From a virus: DNA of 53,197 nt. The DNA lies in IMG/VR virus record IMGVR_UViG_3300009826_000006, positions 1 through 53,197 of that record, one strand, 5' to 3'. The position numbers were made by a program, and so were the translations under genes. Below the pieces are notes generated by a model. That model made no database searches, was not told where the DNA came from, and was given only the letters and a program-made list of their open reading frames with translations. Shown here piece after piece: positions 43,136 through 51,223 of the stretch (positions are counted from its first letter, which is position 1; the number at the start of each line of letters is the position of its first letter).

Positions 43136-44245
43136 TTAGACCTCCAGCCTATTTAAATGGATTTTAAGACCTACACCTTCTGAAAACCTATTATAATCTT
43201 GTATAAGCCTATTTAATAAGATTTCTTGTTGTAGCCTTTCATTATCAAGATTAGCCGCATGATAACCATTTACTCTATCTTGTGCCTGGCGTATAGCTGA
43301 TTCGTATTTACGCTGTCTTTGTTCTGCTGTATATAGTGTAAAAGTCTCTCCATCAAATTCAATTTCTTTTTCATTTTTTAGACGTAAAGCTTCTAGATCA
43401 TCATCGTCATAAGAAGGTGTCGATATACCAAGAACAATAGCAAATGCTCTGTGGTAGCAATTAGGTTCTTCCATTTGGGGCCTTATGTTATTAGCGTAAT
43501 CTTTAAGAGTAAACTGCAAGCCTCCCCAATCATGTGTAGGCCTATATCCATCGTGCCAAGTAATTTCTACACCATCAGCACCAGTTTGCTCTATAATTAA
43601 ATCTGTTTGCCTCCTGTTAAGATCTCCTAAACCCCACAATACATTTTGGCGAACTGCAGAATCTATTCTAAAGGTATGGCCTGAATTAAAACCTATCCTA
43701 CGAATACCTCCATCTGCCAATGCCCTTGTTTGCTGTAAAACAACATTTTGAAAAGTTTCCTGACCTAAGGAAGCTTGCATAATAGCAAAGTCAATAGCTT
43801 CTTGATACATAAAAGCTAGAGGAGAAGCTATACCATTTTGGTTGATTAAAAAAATTGCTTGCGTATTACTTATATTGCTAAAAGTCCCATTCGTAGTAGC
43901 GCTGATGCTCTGGATTAGAGCTTGTAAGGAGATATTTTTGCCAAATGGAACGGGACTCTGCGCATACAGATGTTGGAATTGTCTTACACCAGAATATTCA
44001 GCTCTTGAGGCTGTTAAAAGTGCTGCATGTACCTCTTGCTGCGTAATGTTAAGAGTATTAGCAATCTCTTGCTCTATATGATTCAAGTTAAATCCCATTC
44101 TTTGAAGCTCTTGCATACGGTGCAAATCACTGTGACCTATAGAAGAAAGATGATCTGCAATAGTTCTTACAATAAAATGTTCAAGACGTCTGAAGTGTTT
44201 TTGAACAGGGTTAGGTAAATCTCGTAAGGAGGTTTCGTCCAACAT
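43136..44245 (-). CDS. minor head protein (head morphogenesis, minor capsid protein 2-like)
   Basis: position after the portal; VEITWHDGYRPTHDWGG resembles the H-x-G-x-RP motif of this family. Confidence 0.6.
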   Translation of the reverse strand: MLDETSLRDLPNPVQKHFRRLEHFIVRTIADHLSSIGHSDLHRMQELQRMGFNLNHIEQEIANTLNITQQEVHAALLTASRAEYSGVRQFQHLYAQSPVPFGKNISLQALIQSISATTNGTFSNISNTQAIFLINQNGIASPLAFMYQEAIDFAIMQASLGQETFQNVVLQQTRALADGGIRRIGFNSGHTFRIDSAVRQNVLWGLGDLNRRQTDLIIEQTGADGVEITWHDGYRPTHDWGGLQFTLKDYANNIRPQMEEPNCYHRAFAIVLGISTPSYDDDDLEALRLKNEKEIEFDGETFTLYTAEQRQRKYESAIRQAQDRVNGYHAANLDNERLQQEILLNRLIQDYNRFSEGVGLKIHLNRLEV

Positions 44246-44247
44246 AA

Positions 44248-45699
44248 CTATTCACCAGTGCCCTCTTCATGCTCACTTTTAACTTCTGACCAAGTTAGAA
44301 TTGTGTTAGTACCGCGAACAAGTTGGGGACCTTTAGGCATCATTTTAAGAGCATCATCTTCAGAGACCTTATACTTCTTAGCTAGATATATTTCAGGACG
44401 TATAAGTCCTGCACCTACATCTTCTTTCATCGAAAGAAGAGTTTCCTGAGGGTCTTTTAGAAGGGAATCATCAAATTCTGTAACAAGTATAATATCTTTA
44501 GTGGCTTTATTAATATAATAAGCTACAGCATATAAAGCATCTTCAAAACTTTTTCTGAGGGCTGTTTGGTTAGATGAAACTGTTGAATAGGTGCGATGTT
44601 TAGACTCTCTTACCTCTGTAGCTGTTCTGTCTACTTTATCAGGTTGAGAGAAAGTACCATGCATCAGACCTATATTATCCTCGACTAGTTGCTGATACCT
44701 ATTAAGAGTATCTAGGAAAGCTTTACTGCGAATCTCAGGGCTAAAAACTTCAAAAAAGGTTTCTCCTTGTCTACCTTCAACATCCATTCTAACATAAAAA
44801 TCATCTGCTAAATAAGGTACAACTGCTCTTCTTCTGTTAGTATTATCAAGAGTAAGCCTATCTACATATAAACGACCTTCTTTTATCTTAAACTCACGAA
44901 CTAGTCCCGAGAGTTGCAAGTCAGCTAACTGTATTGTATCTTTAGCTTTATCAAATATAGAAACACCGTGTGGTGAAGTAGTGTCAATAGTGTTAGAAGT
45001 TGCTGTGCGAAAGAAGCCAAATAAAGGCTGTGTTACTCCTTTTAATATTTGCTCAATTGCAATACCCTTCCATCTGAGAACAAGATCAAGTGCCTCTTGT
45101 GTATTAGTATATTTTACACCTATATTACCATTCTTATCTGAACGGTAAACTTCGTTTGTGATATAATAAGTATCAAGATTTCTATCAAAGACATGATGCT
45201 CTACGCGTATAATATATTGTACATAACCTTCGGAGCGTATAGCTTCATAATCTTTGAAATAGATTTCGAGAATTGTACCATCTGTATCGTGTTGTAATAT
45301 CTCGTACATGTTGGGCTGAGCAAACGTAAAACGTACCTTACTACCTGTTAAATAGGGTTTTAGAATTAGAGCACCGAATGCTAAACCATACTCCACTTTA
45401 TTCCTAATGTCCCAGAGAACTTCTTTACTAAAAATATTCTCAAGAACTGCATCACTTGTTACGGCGGCTCGCATATCAAGTGTAACAAGGCGAGCAACTT
45501 CACTAGAAGCTGTTGCAGAGAGATTAGTACTCCATATGCGGTTAGGTACAAGCCAAGAGGCATTATTACTATACATTTGCCGCCAAGTTTTTTGCCTTTG
45601 TTGGAGCTCGGATATAGGTGTCAATTGGATTTTTTGAAATGTACCTTTTTCGGTAAGCAAACCCATAACACCATCCTTCACTCTAGTCCATAGGCTCAT
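44248..45699 (-). CDS. portal protein (SPP1-type)
   Basis: 483 aa immediately after TerL. Confidence 0.8.
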   Translation of the reverse strand: MSLWTRVKDGVMGLLTEKGTFQKIQLTPISELQQRQKTWRQMYSNNASWLVPNRIWSTNLSATASSEVARLVTLDMRAAVTSDAVLENIFSKEVLWDIRNKVEYGLAFGALILKPYLTGSKVRFTFAQPNMYEILQHDTDGTILEIYFKDYEAIRSEGYVQYIIRVEHHVFDRNLDTYYITNEVYRSDKNGNIGVKYTNTQEALDLVLRWKGIAIEQILKGVTQPLFGFFRTATSNTIDTTSPHGVSIFDKAKDTIQLADLQLSGLVREFKIKEGRLYVDRLTLDNTNRRRAVVPYLADDFYVRMDVEGRQGETFFEVFSPEIRSKAFLDTLNRYQQLVEDNIGLMHGTFSQPDKVDRTATEVRESKHRTYSTVSSNQTALRKSFEDALYAVAYYINKATKDIILVTEFDDSLLKDPQETLLSMKEDVGAGLIRPEIYLAKKYKVSEDDALKMMPKGPQLVRGTNTILTWSEVKSEHEEGTGE

Positions 45700-47002
45700 T
45701 TTCTATATACCTCCCACCTATCAGATAGCTCATATATCTTTCAAAGCTATATTCAAATGCGTCGCCGGTATCTTGGTCGTATGAGCCGTCATCCAAGCGT
45801 TGATCTGTAAGCGCCTTTTCTTTGTAACGCGCTGCTCTAAAAAACTCTTGCAATGATTCTGTTTCATCTTTGATGACTTGAAGCCTTCGCTGTGCCATTA
45901 GAGATACTGTTGATCGGATACGGTCTACAATAGGGTACTTATGACTATTACGTATTGAGTATTCTGTATTCTGGCGTAACATATTTATCAAAAGTTGCTC
46001 GGTACTGTCACAATATACTGCACGGATATTACCAAAAGTATCTTCTATACCTTCAGCAAATTCACAAAACCAGTCAAGCACATCATTAGGAGTTGTACCT
46101 TTTGCTTCATGTTTTTTAGACCTTAGGGCTACTAAATAATCATAATCCTCTGTGATAGCTGTTGCTACAAAAGCATGAGCTGATTTAGATTGTCCCCAGT
46201 CAACACCTATATTGATATGTGCAATTCTTTTAAGTTCAAAAGCGCCTGTTTTAGGATTTAGAATTTCTAAACGGCGTTTATCAGGGCGCCAACTTACTTG
46301 GAAGAAATCATCCTCACTATCCATGAAAACTTGGTAGATAGAGCCTTCAGCTACTATCCATTCACCAAGAACAAAACGGCGATAGAATACAGGTGAACCC
46401 CTATATTCTGCAATAAGATCCTCTTTATATTGAGGATCTAGATTTGGATTGTCCTCCATTGTAAAATGCCAGATTTGTCTATTCTTAATTTCTGGGCTTG
46501 TTAAGGGACCTTTGTAAAACCAATGATGGGGTGTATCGGGATTACAGTTTGCAAATACCTGTGCACCTTTAACTGAAAGGCGAGCCATGAGCTGATTCCA
46601 AACAAGTTCAGGATAAGTATTTGCCTCGTCGCAATAAGCTCCAGCAAAAGTAGCTCCTCTGAGGCGTTCTTCAGCTTCTACAGTTGAGGCACCTATAACC
46701 CAAATACGACGTTCAAAAACTTTAAGCTCACCGCGCATGCGGTCAACCCATTTATAATTTTGCTTACCTATGATGTCGAGCATGTCGTTGAGGACATTTC
46801 TCCAGATGGAACCTCTATCTTTGCCCATCATTATCAAGTCACCGGGAGGTCCATTAACAATATAATCTAACCAACGAACTGTACAGTTAACAGTTTTAGA
46901 AGATCTAACTGATCCATGTAAGATACATAGACGAGCTGTCGAGTTAGCTAGGAAATGAAGGGCCTTCTCTGAAAAGCTACCATTTGCAAAATCGATGGCC
47001 AT
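45683..47002 (-). CDS. terL: terminase large subunit
   Basis: Walker A HGSVRSSKT, Walker B AYCDEAN, C-terminal nuclease region. Confidence 0.85.
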   Translation of the reverse strand: MAIDFANGSFSEKALHFLANSTARLCILHGSVRSSKTVNCTVRWLDYIVNGPPGDLIMMGKDRGSIWRNVLNDMLDIIGKQNYKWVDRMRGELKVFERRIWVIGASTVEAEERLRGATFAGAYCDEANTYPELVWNQLMARLSVKGAQVFANCNPDTPHHWFYKGPLTSPEIKNRQIWHFTMEDNPNLDPQYKEDLIAEYRGSPVFYRRFVLGEWIVAEGSIYQVFMDSEDDFFQVSWRPDKRRLEILNPKTGAFELKRIAHINIGVDWGQSKSAHAFVATAITEDYDYLVALRSKKHEAKGTTPNDVLDWFCEFAEGIEDTFGNIRAVYCDSTEQLLINMLRQNTEYSIRNSHKYPIVDRIRSTVSLMAQRRLQVIKDETESLQEFFRAARYKEKALTDQRLDDGSYDQDTGDAFEYSFERYMSYLIGGRYIENEPMD

Positions 47003-47005
47003 ACC

Positions 47006-47668
47006 TTATTTTGCCTCTTGAGCAGTTTCTCCTTTTGGGGGTTGCCCAAGGTGTGAAGGATCGACACTTTCCGAGTTTGTTTTGACGGTTTGTTGAGAGT
47101 TCTTAATAGCATTTGCTACAGCAAATAGGCCTGAGGTAGGTGATTCAATCTCAGGTGCGTTTAGCATTTTATCTATTTCAGCCATTGTCTTGGCTGTCTG
47201 CCGAATTTCTCCGCCCATGAGTGTATAAGCATCCATTATTGGTTTACGCAGGAACCGAGCCTGCGCACTCAGCCCTTCAGCTGTATCAGATTCATTTACG
47301 AACTTGTTAATCTTACGGCCTATGTTTTTGAGGGTGATCAAGTATTCTTGCATCATTGCAGCTAATATATCGCCTTCACGTAGGCCTAGTTGGCGCTGTA
47401 AGGATCCAGGTAATTTTACTCCTGTAGCTGCTTCATTAGGATTAGTTGCTTTGTTTAACTCTTCTAGTACTAGAGCATCATATTCATCTAGGCTAAGGAG
47501 GTAAGGAGCACAGTTCTCTTTATGAGCTTTAAGAGCTTGGTAGTTGGTGCAGTAAAATTTTGCTACGGCCGAGATAGACTGCCCGGCCATAAGAGCACTT
47601 TCCATATCCATCCTGTCAGGATGTTTGCAGATCGAGCATGATTTGGAGTTAATTTTTTGCTCTTGCAT
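47006..47668 (-). CDS. terS: terminase small subunit (zinc-finger/HTH N-terminus)
   Basis: CSICKHPDR...SISAVAKFY; directly upstream of terL. Confidence 0.65.
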   Translation of the reverse strand: MQEQKINSKSCSICKHPDRMDMESALMAGQSISAVAKFYCTNYQALKAHKENCAPYLLSLDEYDALVLEELNKATNPNEAATGVKLPGSLQRQLGLREGDILAAMMQEYLITLKNIGRKINKFVNESDTAEGLSAQARFLRKPIMDAYTLMGGEIRQTAKTMAEIDKMLNAPEIESPTSGLFAVANAIKNSQQTVKTNSESVDPSHLGQPPKGETAQEAK

Positions 47669-47742
47669 GATTTACCTCCTTCCTTTTCTATTAGTTTTAT
47701 TTTTAGAGGTTGGTGGTTATGCTGTAGCGTTAATTTTCTTAT

Positions 47743-47771
47743 ATTATATAGGAAGCATGAAAGGAGTGCAA
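47743..47771 (-). promoter_or_regulatory. promoter for the late (minus) arm
   Basis: on the minus strand TTGCAC (47771-47766), 17-nt spacer, TATAAT (47748-47743). Confidence 0.5.
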
Positions 47772-47987
47772 GGGTACTGATACAGTTTCTTTTAGTCCTC
47801 AAGAGGTTTTCAGGTGTGCGATAATATATCGCAGGGTTGCTGTTTCAGTTTTGTTTTTAAGGGATTTATTCTGGATGTTTGATTTGGTGAGTGTAGACTC
47901 CTTCCCGCGGACCTCTCATGCGTGCGGGTGGGGCGAGCTCTTTTCATGTCTTAATCTTAATCTTAAGGATTAAGATGAATTTTCCTT

Positions 47988-48015
47988 CAATACTCAATAC
48001 TCAATACTCAATACT
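47988..48015. repeat. tandem repeat CAATACT x4
   Basis: read directly. Confidence 0.95.
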
Positions 48016-48373
48016 ACATTAAAAATACTATAAAGGTATATCCCGTCATAAAGGTTTATAACGTGTTAGAAAAATATCTAAACATTAATTAGACGAATTA
48101 CACAAAATAAAAATATGTTTTATTTTTGAACAAATATGAAAAAATTATGAACAACTTCATCAAAATGCCATAACTAAAAATTTTTATCAAAAAGTATAAA
48201 AAAAAACGATTTTTAATTTTTTTATTTTTAGTTTTTGTAAAAATCGGATCAAAAACTAACAAAAAATCTTTTAATTTTTAACCATTTCTGCCGGGGTTGA
48301 TTTTTTTTTTGTTATGTGATATTCTTTTAGCATGCAAATTGCAAAACATTTTACAAAAATTTTATATTTTTAT

Positions 48374-48420
48374 TTTATATTATATTATATATTATATATT
48401 ATATATTATATATTATATAA
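48374..48420. repeat. TA-rich tandem repeat (TATAT x2, then TATATAT x4 plus a partial copy) abutting the early promoter
   Basis: read directly. Confidence 0.9.
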
Positions 48421-48430
48421 AATCTGTACC

Positions 48431-48459
48431 TTGACAATTAAATAATCTTATGATATTAT
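48431..48459 (+). promoter_or_regulatory. strong early promoter with extended -10
   Basis: TTGACA (48431-48436), 17-nt spacer ending TGA, TATTAT (48454-48459). Confidence 0.7.
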
Positions 48460-48580
48460 GTTATATATCTATATGTATAATGTTATTAACATCGACTTGT
48501 CTGTTTAATGTTATATGTATATATAAAATACGTCTAGAGAAACAGTGGAGAATACGACTAGATAGGAATTGGTAATATTA

Positions 48581-48625
48581 TAAGCATGCTTATGTACATT
48601 ATAATATAAATATTATAATGTACAT
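48581..48625. promoter_or_regulatory. operator-like palindromes: TAAGCATGCTTA (48581-48592) and a 16+16 bp perfect palindrome ATGTACATTATAATAT-AA-ATATTATAATGTACAT (48592-48625)
   Basis: read directly. Confidence 0.6.
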
Positions 48626-48855
48626 TTAATTGGGCATAATATCTATCATATTATACATTATCCTAGGAGGTAATACCATGACAATGACATTTAACAAAGA
48701 ACAAGCCCTTGAAATCCATAATTTTATTAGCGAAAATCTACAAGTGGTTAACGATTTACCATATATTGAAGGTTTAATGCTAGACCTTGAAGAACATTTC
48801 AATCTAAACGAAGATTAAAGATAACCATATTATGCCCAATTAAATGTACATTATA
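48614..48855. repeat. 29-bp perfect inverted repeats (48614-48642 / 48827-48855) bracketing the 46-aa gene
   Basis: hand reverse-complement comparison. Confidence 0.9.
48678..48818 (+). CDS. small acidic early protein (46 aa); start moved to ATG 48678
   Basis: AGGAGG SD 7 nt upstream; MTMTFNKEQALEIHNF... Confidence 0.6.
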   Translation: MTMTFNKEQALEIHNFISENLQVVNDLPYIEGLMLDLEEHFNLNED

Positions 48856-48876
48856 TAAATCAAAGGAGGAAACAAA

Positions 48877-49056
48877 ATGACAGCATCAAAACCATTTTTA
48901 TGTGAATGTGGTCTAATATTAGACACATGTACATGTCACAACTTTTTTAATTTACCTGAAGGTAAATGGCATCACATACCTTATCTAGGTAAGACACATG
49001 TATTTAAAGCAACCAATGATGGTGACTGGGATCTAATAGATATCTTAGACCAATAA
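48877..49056 (+). CDS. small Cys/His-rich early protein (59 aa; not in ORF track)
   Basis: AAAGGAGGA SD; MTASKPFLCECGLILDTCTCHNFF... Confidence 0.6.
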   Translation: MTASKPFLCECGLILDTCTCHNFFNLPEGKWHHIPYLGKTHVFKATNDGDWDLIDILDQ

Positions 49057-49076
49057 TTAAAAGGAGGTCATCTACG

Positions 49077-49232
49077 ATGACAAAATTTTTAGTGAAGTAT
49101 ACTAAAACACGTAATGGCGCGATTATCTATGTTAGAGATATAGAAGCGCTAAGTAAATCAGAAGCGGCAGATGAATTTTATCTAACGTTTCCAAAATACC
49201 ATATAATTAGAATATTGGAGGTACTAAAATGA
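49077..49232 (+). CDS. small early protein (51 aa; not in ORF track)
   Basis: AAGGAGG SD; ATGA coupling to 49229. Confidence 0.6.
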   Translation: MTKFLVKYTKTRNGAIIYVRDIEALSKSEAADEFYLTFPKYHIIRILEVLK

Positions 49233-49918
49233 AAGCAACCAATCTGCAAGACAACATGACTACGTACGGAAATGTATCCCTACGTAAACTTTGCCTACAC
49301 CTAGGCGTTAATTACCAGCGAGTATTAAAGGCAAAGCAAAAACCTATCGAAGGACAAGTTTGGACAAAAGAAGCATGTAACTGGGATGCTGTTGCCAAGG
49401 CTATAGGTCACGATAACTTATCTACACTCACGTTAGAAACATGGGAATCATTAAATGCAGAATCAAGTACAGGCTTAACATCGGGTAGCGTAATAAAGGC
49501 CATGGAAGGCTTCGAAGTAGGGCAAAAAATATATCTGCGTAGAGAAGCAGACACACCTTACGAAGTTATCTACCTTACTAGCACACATATAGTAATAATG
49601 CTGGAAAGCACAGAAAAGCCGACGGTCATGAACCACAACACATTTCTCTTCCAGGGACCATCCCTACAAGCTAGAGACCCTAATGCTGCCAGGCCACAAC
49701 GCAAAATCAAAACCACTTCATTAAAAGAAGTGCGGAACGAAGCAGTTGCCACTATAGAAGGTTCTCAGCTAAGCAAACGACGTAAGACGCAAGCGTTAAT
49801 AGAAATTGACGAAGCAAGTAGCGAAGGGCAGCTTAACGAAATACTAGATGCCTATCTTCCAAAAGCAAATCCCGAAACTGAAGTTGCCCCTCCTAAAAAA
49901 GAAGGGGAAGGGAGCTAA
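49229..49918 (+). CDS. early protein with N-terminal HTH-like region; paralog of the junction-spanning gene
   Basis: VSLRKLCLHLGVNYQRVLKAKQKPIEGQVWTKEACNWDAVAKAI versus TLKAIAMVFDLKPMRLYNVAKTPKEGEIYDAKQYNWEAIERFM. Confidence 0.7.
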   Translation: MKATNLQDNMTTYGNVSLRKLCLHLGVNYQRVLKAKQKPIEGQVWTKEACNWDAVAKAIGHDNLSTLTLETWESLNAESSTGLTSGSVIKAMEGFEVGQKIYLRREADTPYEVIYLTSTHIVIMLESTEKPTVMNHNTFLFQGPSLQARDPNAARPQRKIKTTSLKEVRNEAVATIEGSQLSKRRKTQALIEIDEASSEGQLNEILDAYLPKANPETEVAPPKKEGEGS

Positions 49919-49923
49919 AAGGG

Positions 49924-49937
49924 CCCCCCCCCCCCCC
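49924..49937. repeat. C14 homopolymer, 6 nt after the stop of 49229..49918
   Basis: read directly (hand count 14). Confidence 0.9.
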
Positions 49938-50057
49938 GGCTTACTAAGTTGCCGCACATGTGACAATCTTATCTCAGCGAAGGTACACTATGCATTGGTA
50001 ATGGAAGGCGTTGAGGATGTTGTATATCATAACATGCGAGGGTGGTAACGTATGCGT

Positions 50058-50100
50058 AGACTAGAATGCTATCTCACATCACCAGATAGCATTCTAGTCT
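50058..50100 (+). terminator. 17-bp perfect hairpin, candidate terminator of the first early transcription unit
   Basis: AGACTAGAATGCTATCT-CACATCACC-AGATAGCATTCTAGTCT followed by TTATAT. Confidence 0.5.
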
Positions 50101-50674
50101 TTATATCAGTTCTAAAAAAGAACCCTCTCTTATCCCTATATAAACACAGTGTGGGGCCTAGACTCTGCTTCTCTATTTTTTTTTCTCTCTTCACAACCCA
50201 ACTTAACCGATTAACAAACTGTTTGTATATTAATTTAATCATATTCATATTTTTTTATTTTTTTGGTATAGGCAGATATTAAATTTCCACTAACCCTTAA
50301 ATAGGGAAGAACCAACTGATATATTTCCTGATTGGTTTGCTAGTAGTTTTACTAGCAAAATAAGCAATAAACTAGGTACTATTTAGATACCTGCCTCACA
50401 ACCACACTCATCACGCATCAAATACTCCGCCATAATTACTCAAAATGAAATCAAATCTAAAAATGAAACTAATACAGAAACCGCATAAAAACACCCCATG
50501 AAAGCATCAAAAATCATATTAGTTCTTAGGGCAAAATTTTTGGGTACTGAACTAATTAACAAAAATACCACTGTACGCCCGTATGAATCTCTTAAAACTA
50601 ACACAAAATCTTTGTTAATCAGTTGAGTACCTAAATAACACAAACAAACTAATACAATACAAGGAGGAAAAAAC

Positions 50675-50818
50675 ATGTACGACTACGACAATACTCAAAA
50701 GCTATTAAACCTCGCAGGAGCAAATTCATTCTGCGACTGTCTGGAGGAACAAGACTGCGAAAGGAGTGAAGACTATTATGAATCTCATCAAAGTCTAGCG
50801 TTTCTGCAACCTGTATGA
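50675..50818 (+). CDS. small acidic Cys-containing protein (47 aa; not in ORF track)
   Basis: AAGGAGG SD 7 nt upstream; MYDYDNTQKLLNLAGANSFCDCLEEQDCERSEDYY... Confidence 0.55.
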   Translation: MYDYDNTQKLLNLAGANSFCDCLEEQDCERSEDYYESHQSLAFLQPV

Positions 50819-50850
50819 TTACTACATCTCGCGAGGGACACTGACGATGT

Positions 50851-50934
50851 GTTGAAGGCGAGTAGTTGCCAGACAACACCCATAGTGGCAACCTAGCTTT
50901 GCCAAAAACTGCTGCAAGGCCCTAAGCCTTCAAC
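50851..50934 (+). ncRNA. candidate structured RNA (three-way junction); strand not established
   Basis: P1 50851-50859/50926-50934 (9 bp), P2 50865-50871/50886-50892 (7 bp), P3 50896-50902/50914-50920 (7 bp, one G-U), all paired by hand. Confidence 0.3.
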
Positions 50935-51034
50935 TAGCTAATATACTACTTTGCAACTTCGAAGTAACAGAATGCGCACGCGCAGAATGTATCGTCTGCG
51001 CATCTTACTTTTACAACTTTAAGGAGTATTAAAT

Positions 51035-51157
51035 ATGTATATGCCTGACTATATTGGCGAGCTACTACTTTTATTTATGCGGGTCGCTGGATTTGCAATG
51101 CTCTCGTATGTTCTAATTATAGTGTGTGATTATATTCAAACCAAGCGTAAGCACTAA
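51035..51157 (+). CDS. small membrane peptide (40 aa; not in ORF track)
   Basis: AAGGAG SD; MYMPDYIGELLLLFMRVAGFAMLSYVLIIVCDYIQTKRKH. Confidence 0.55.
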   Translation: MYMPDYIGELLLLFMRVAGFAMLSYVLIIVCDYIQTKRKH

Positions 51158-51223
51158 TTGCCGATTGGCCTTCAAGTAAAAACAGTTATAATTATAAACA
51201 AAAACCAAAGGAGGAAAACAAAA

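Noticed and set aside
47563-47802. Minus-strand ORF overlapping the terS start and its promoter
   Set aside because: It overlaps terS in another frame and spans the -10/-35 region, and it has no SD.
47988-48420. Tandem repeats considered as a possible CRISPR array or solitary repeat
   Set aside because: The repeat units are 5-7 bp with no spacers and there is no repeat-spacer periodicity, so this is not a CRISPR array.
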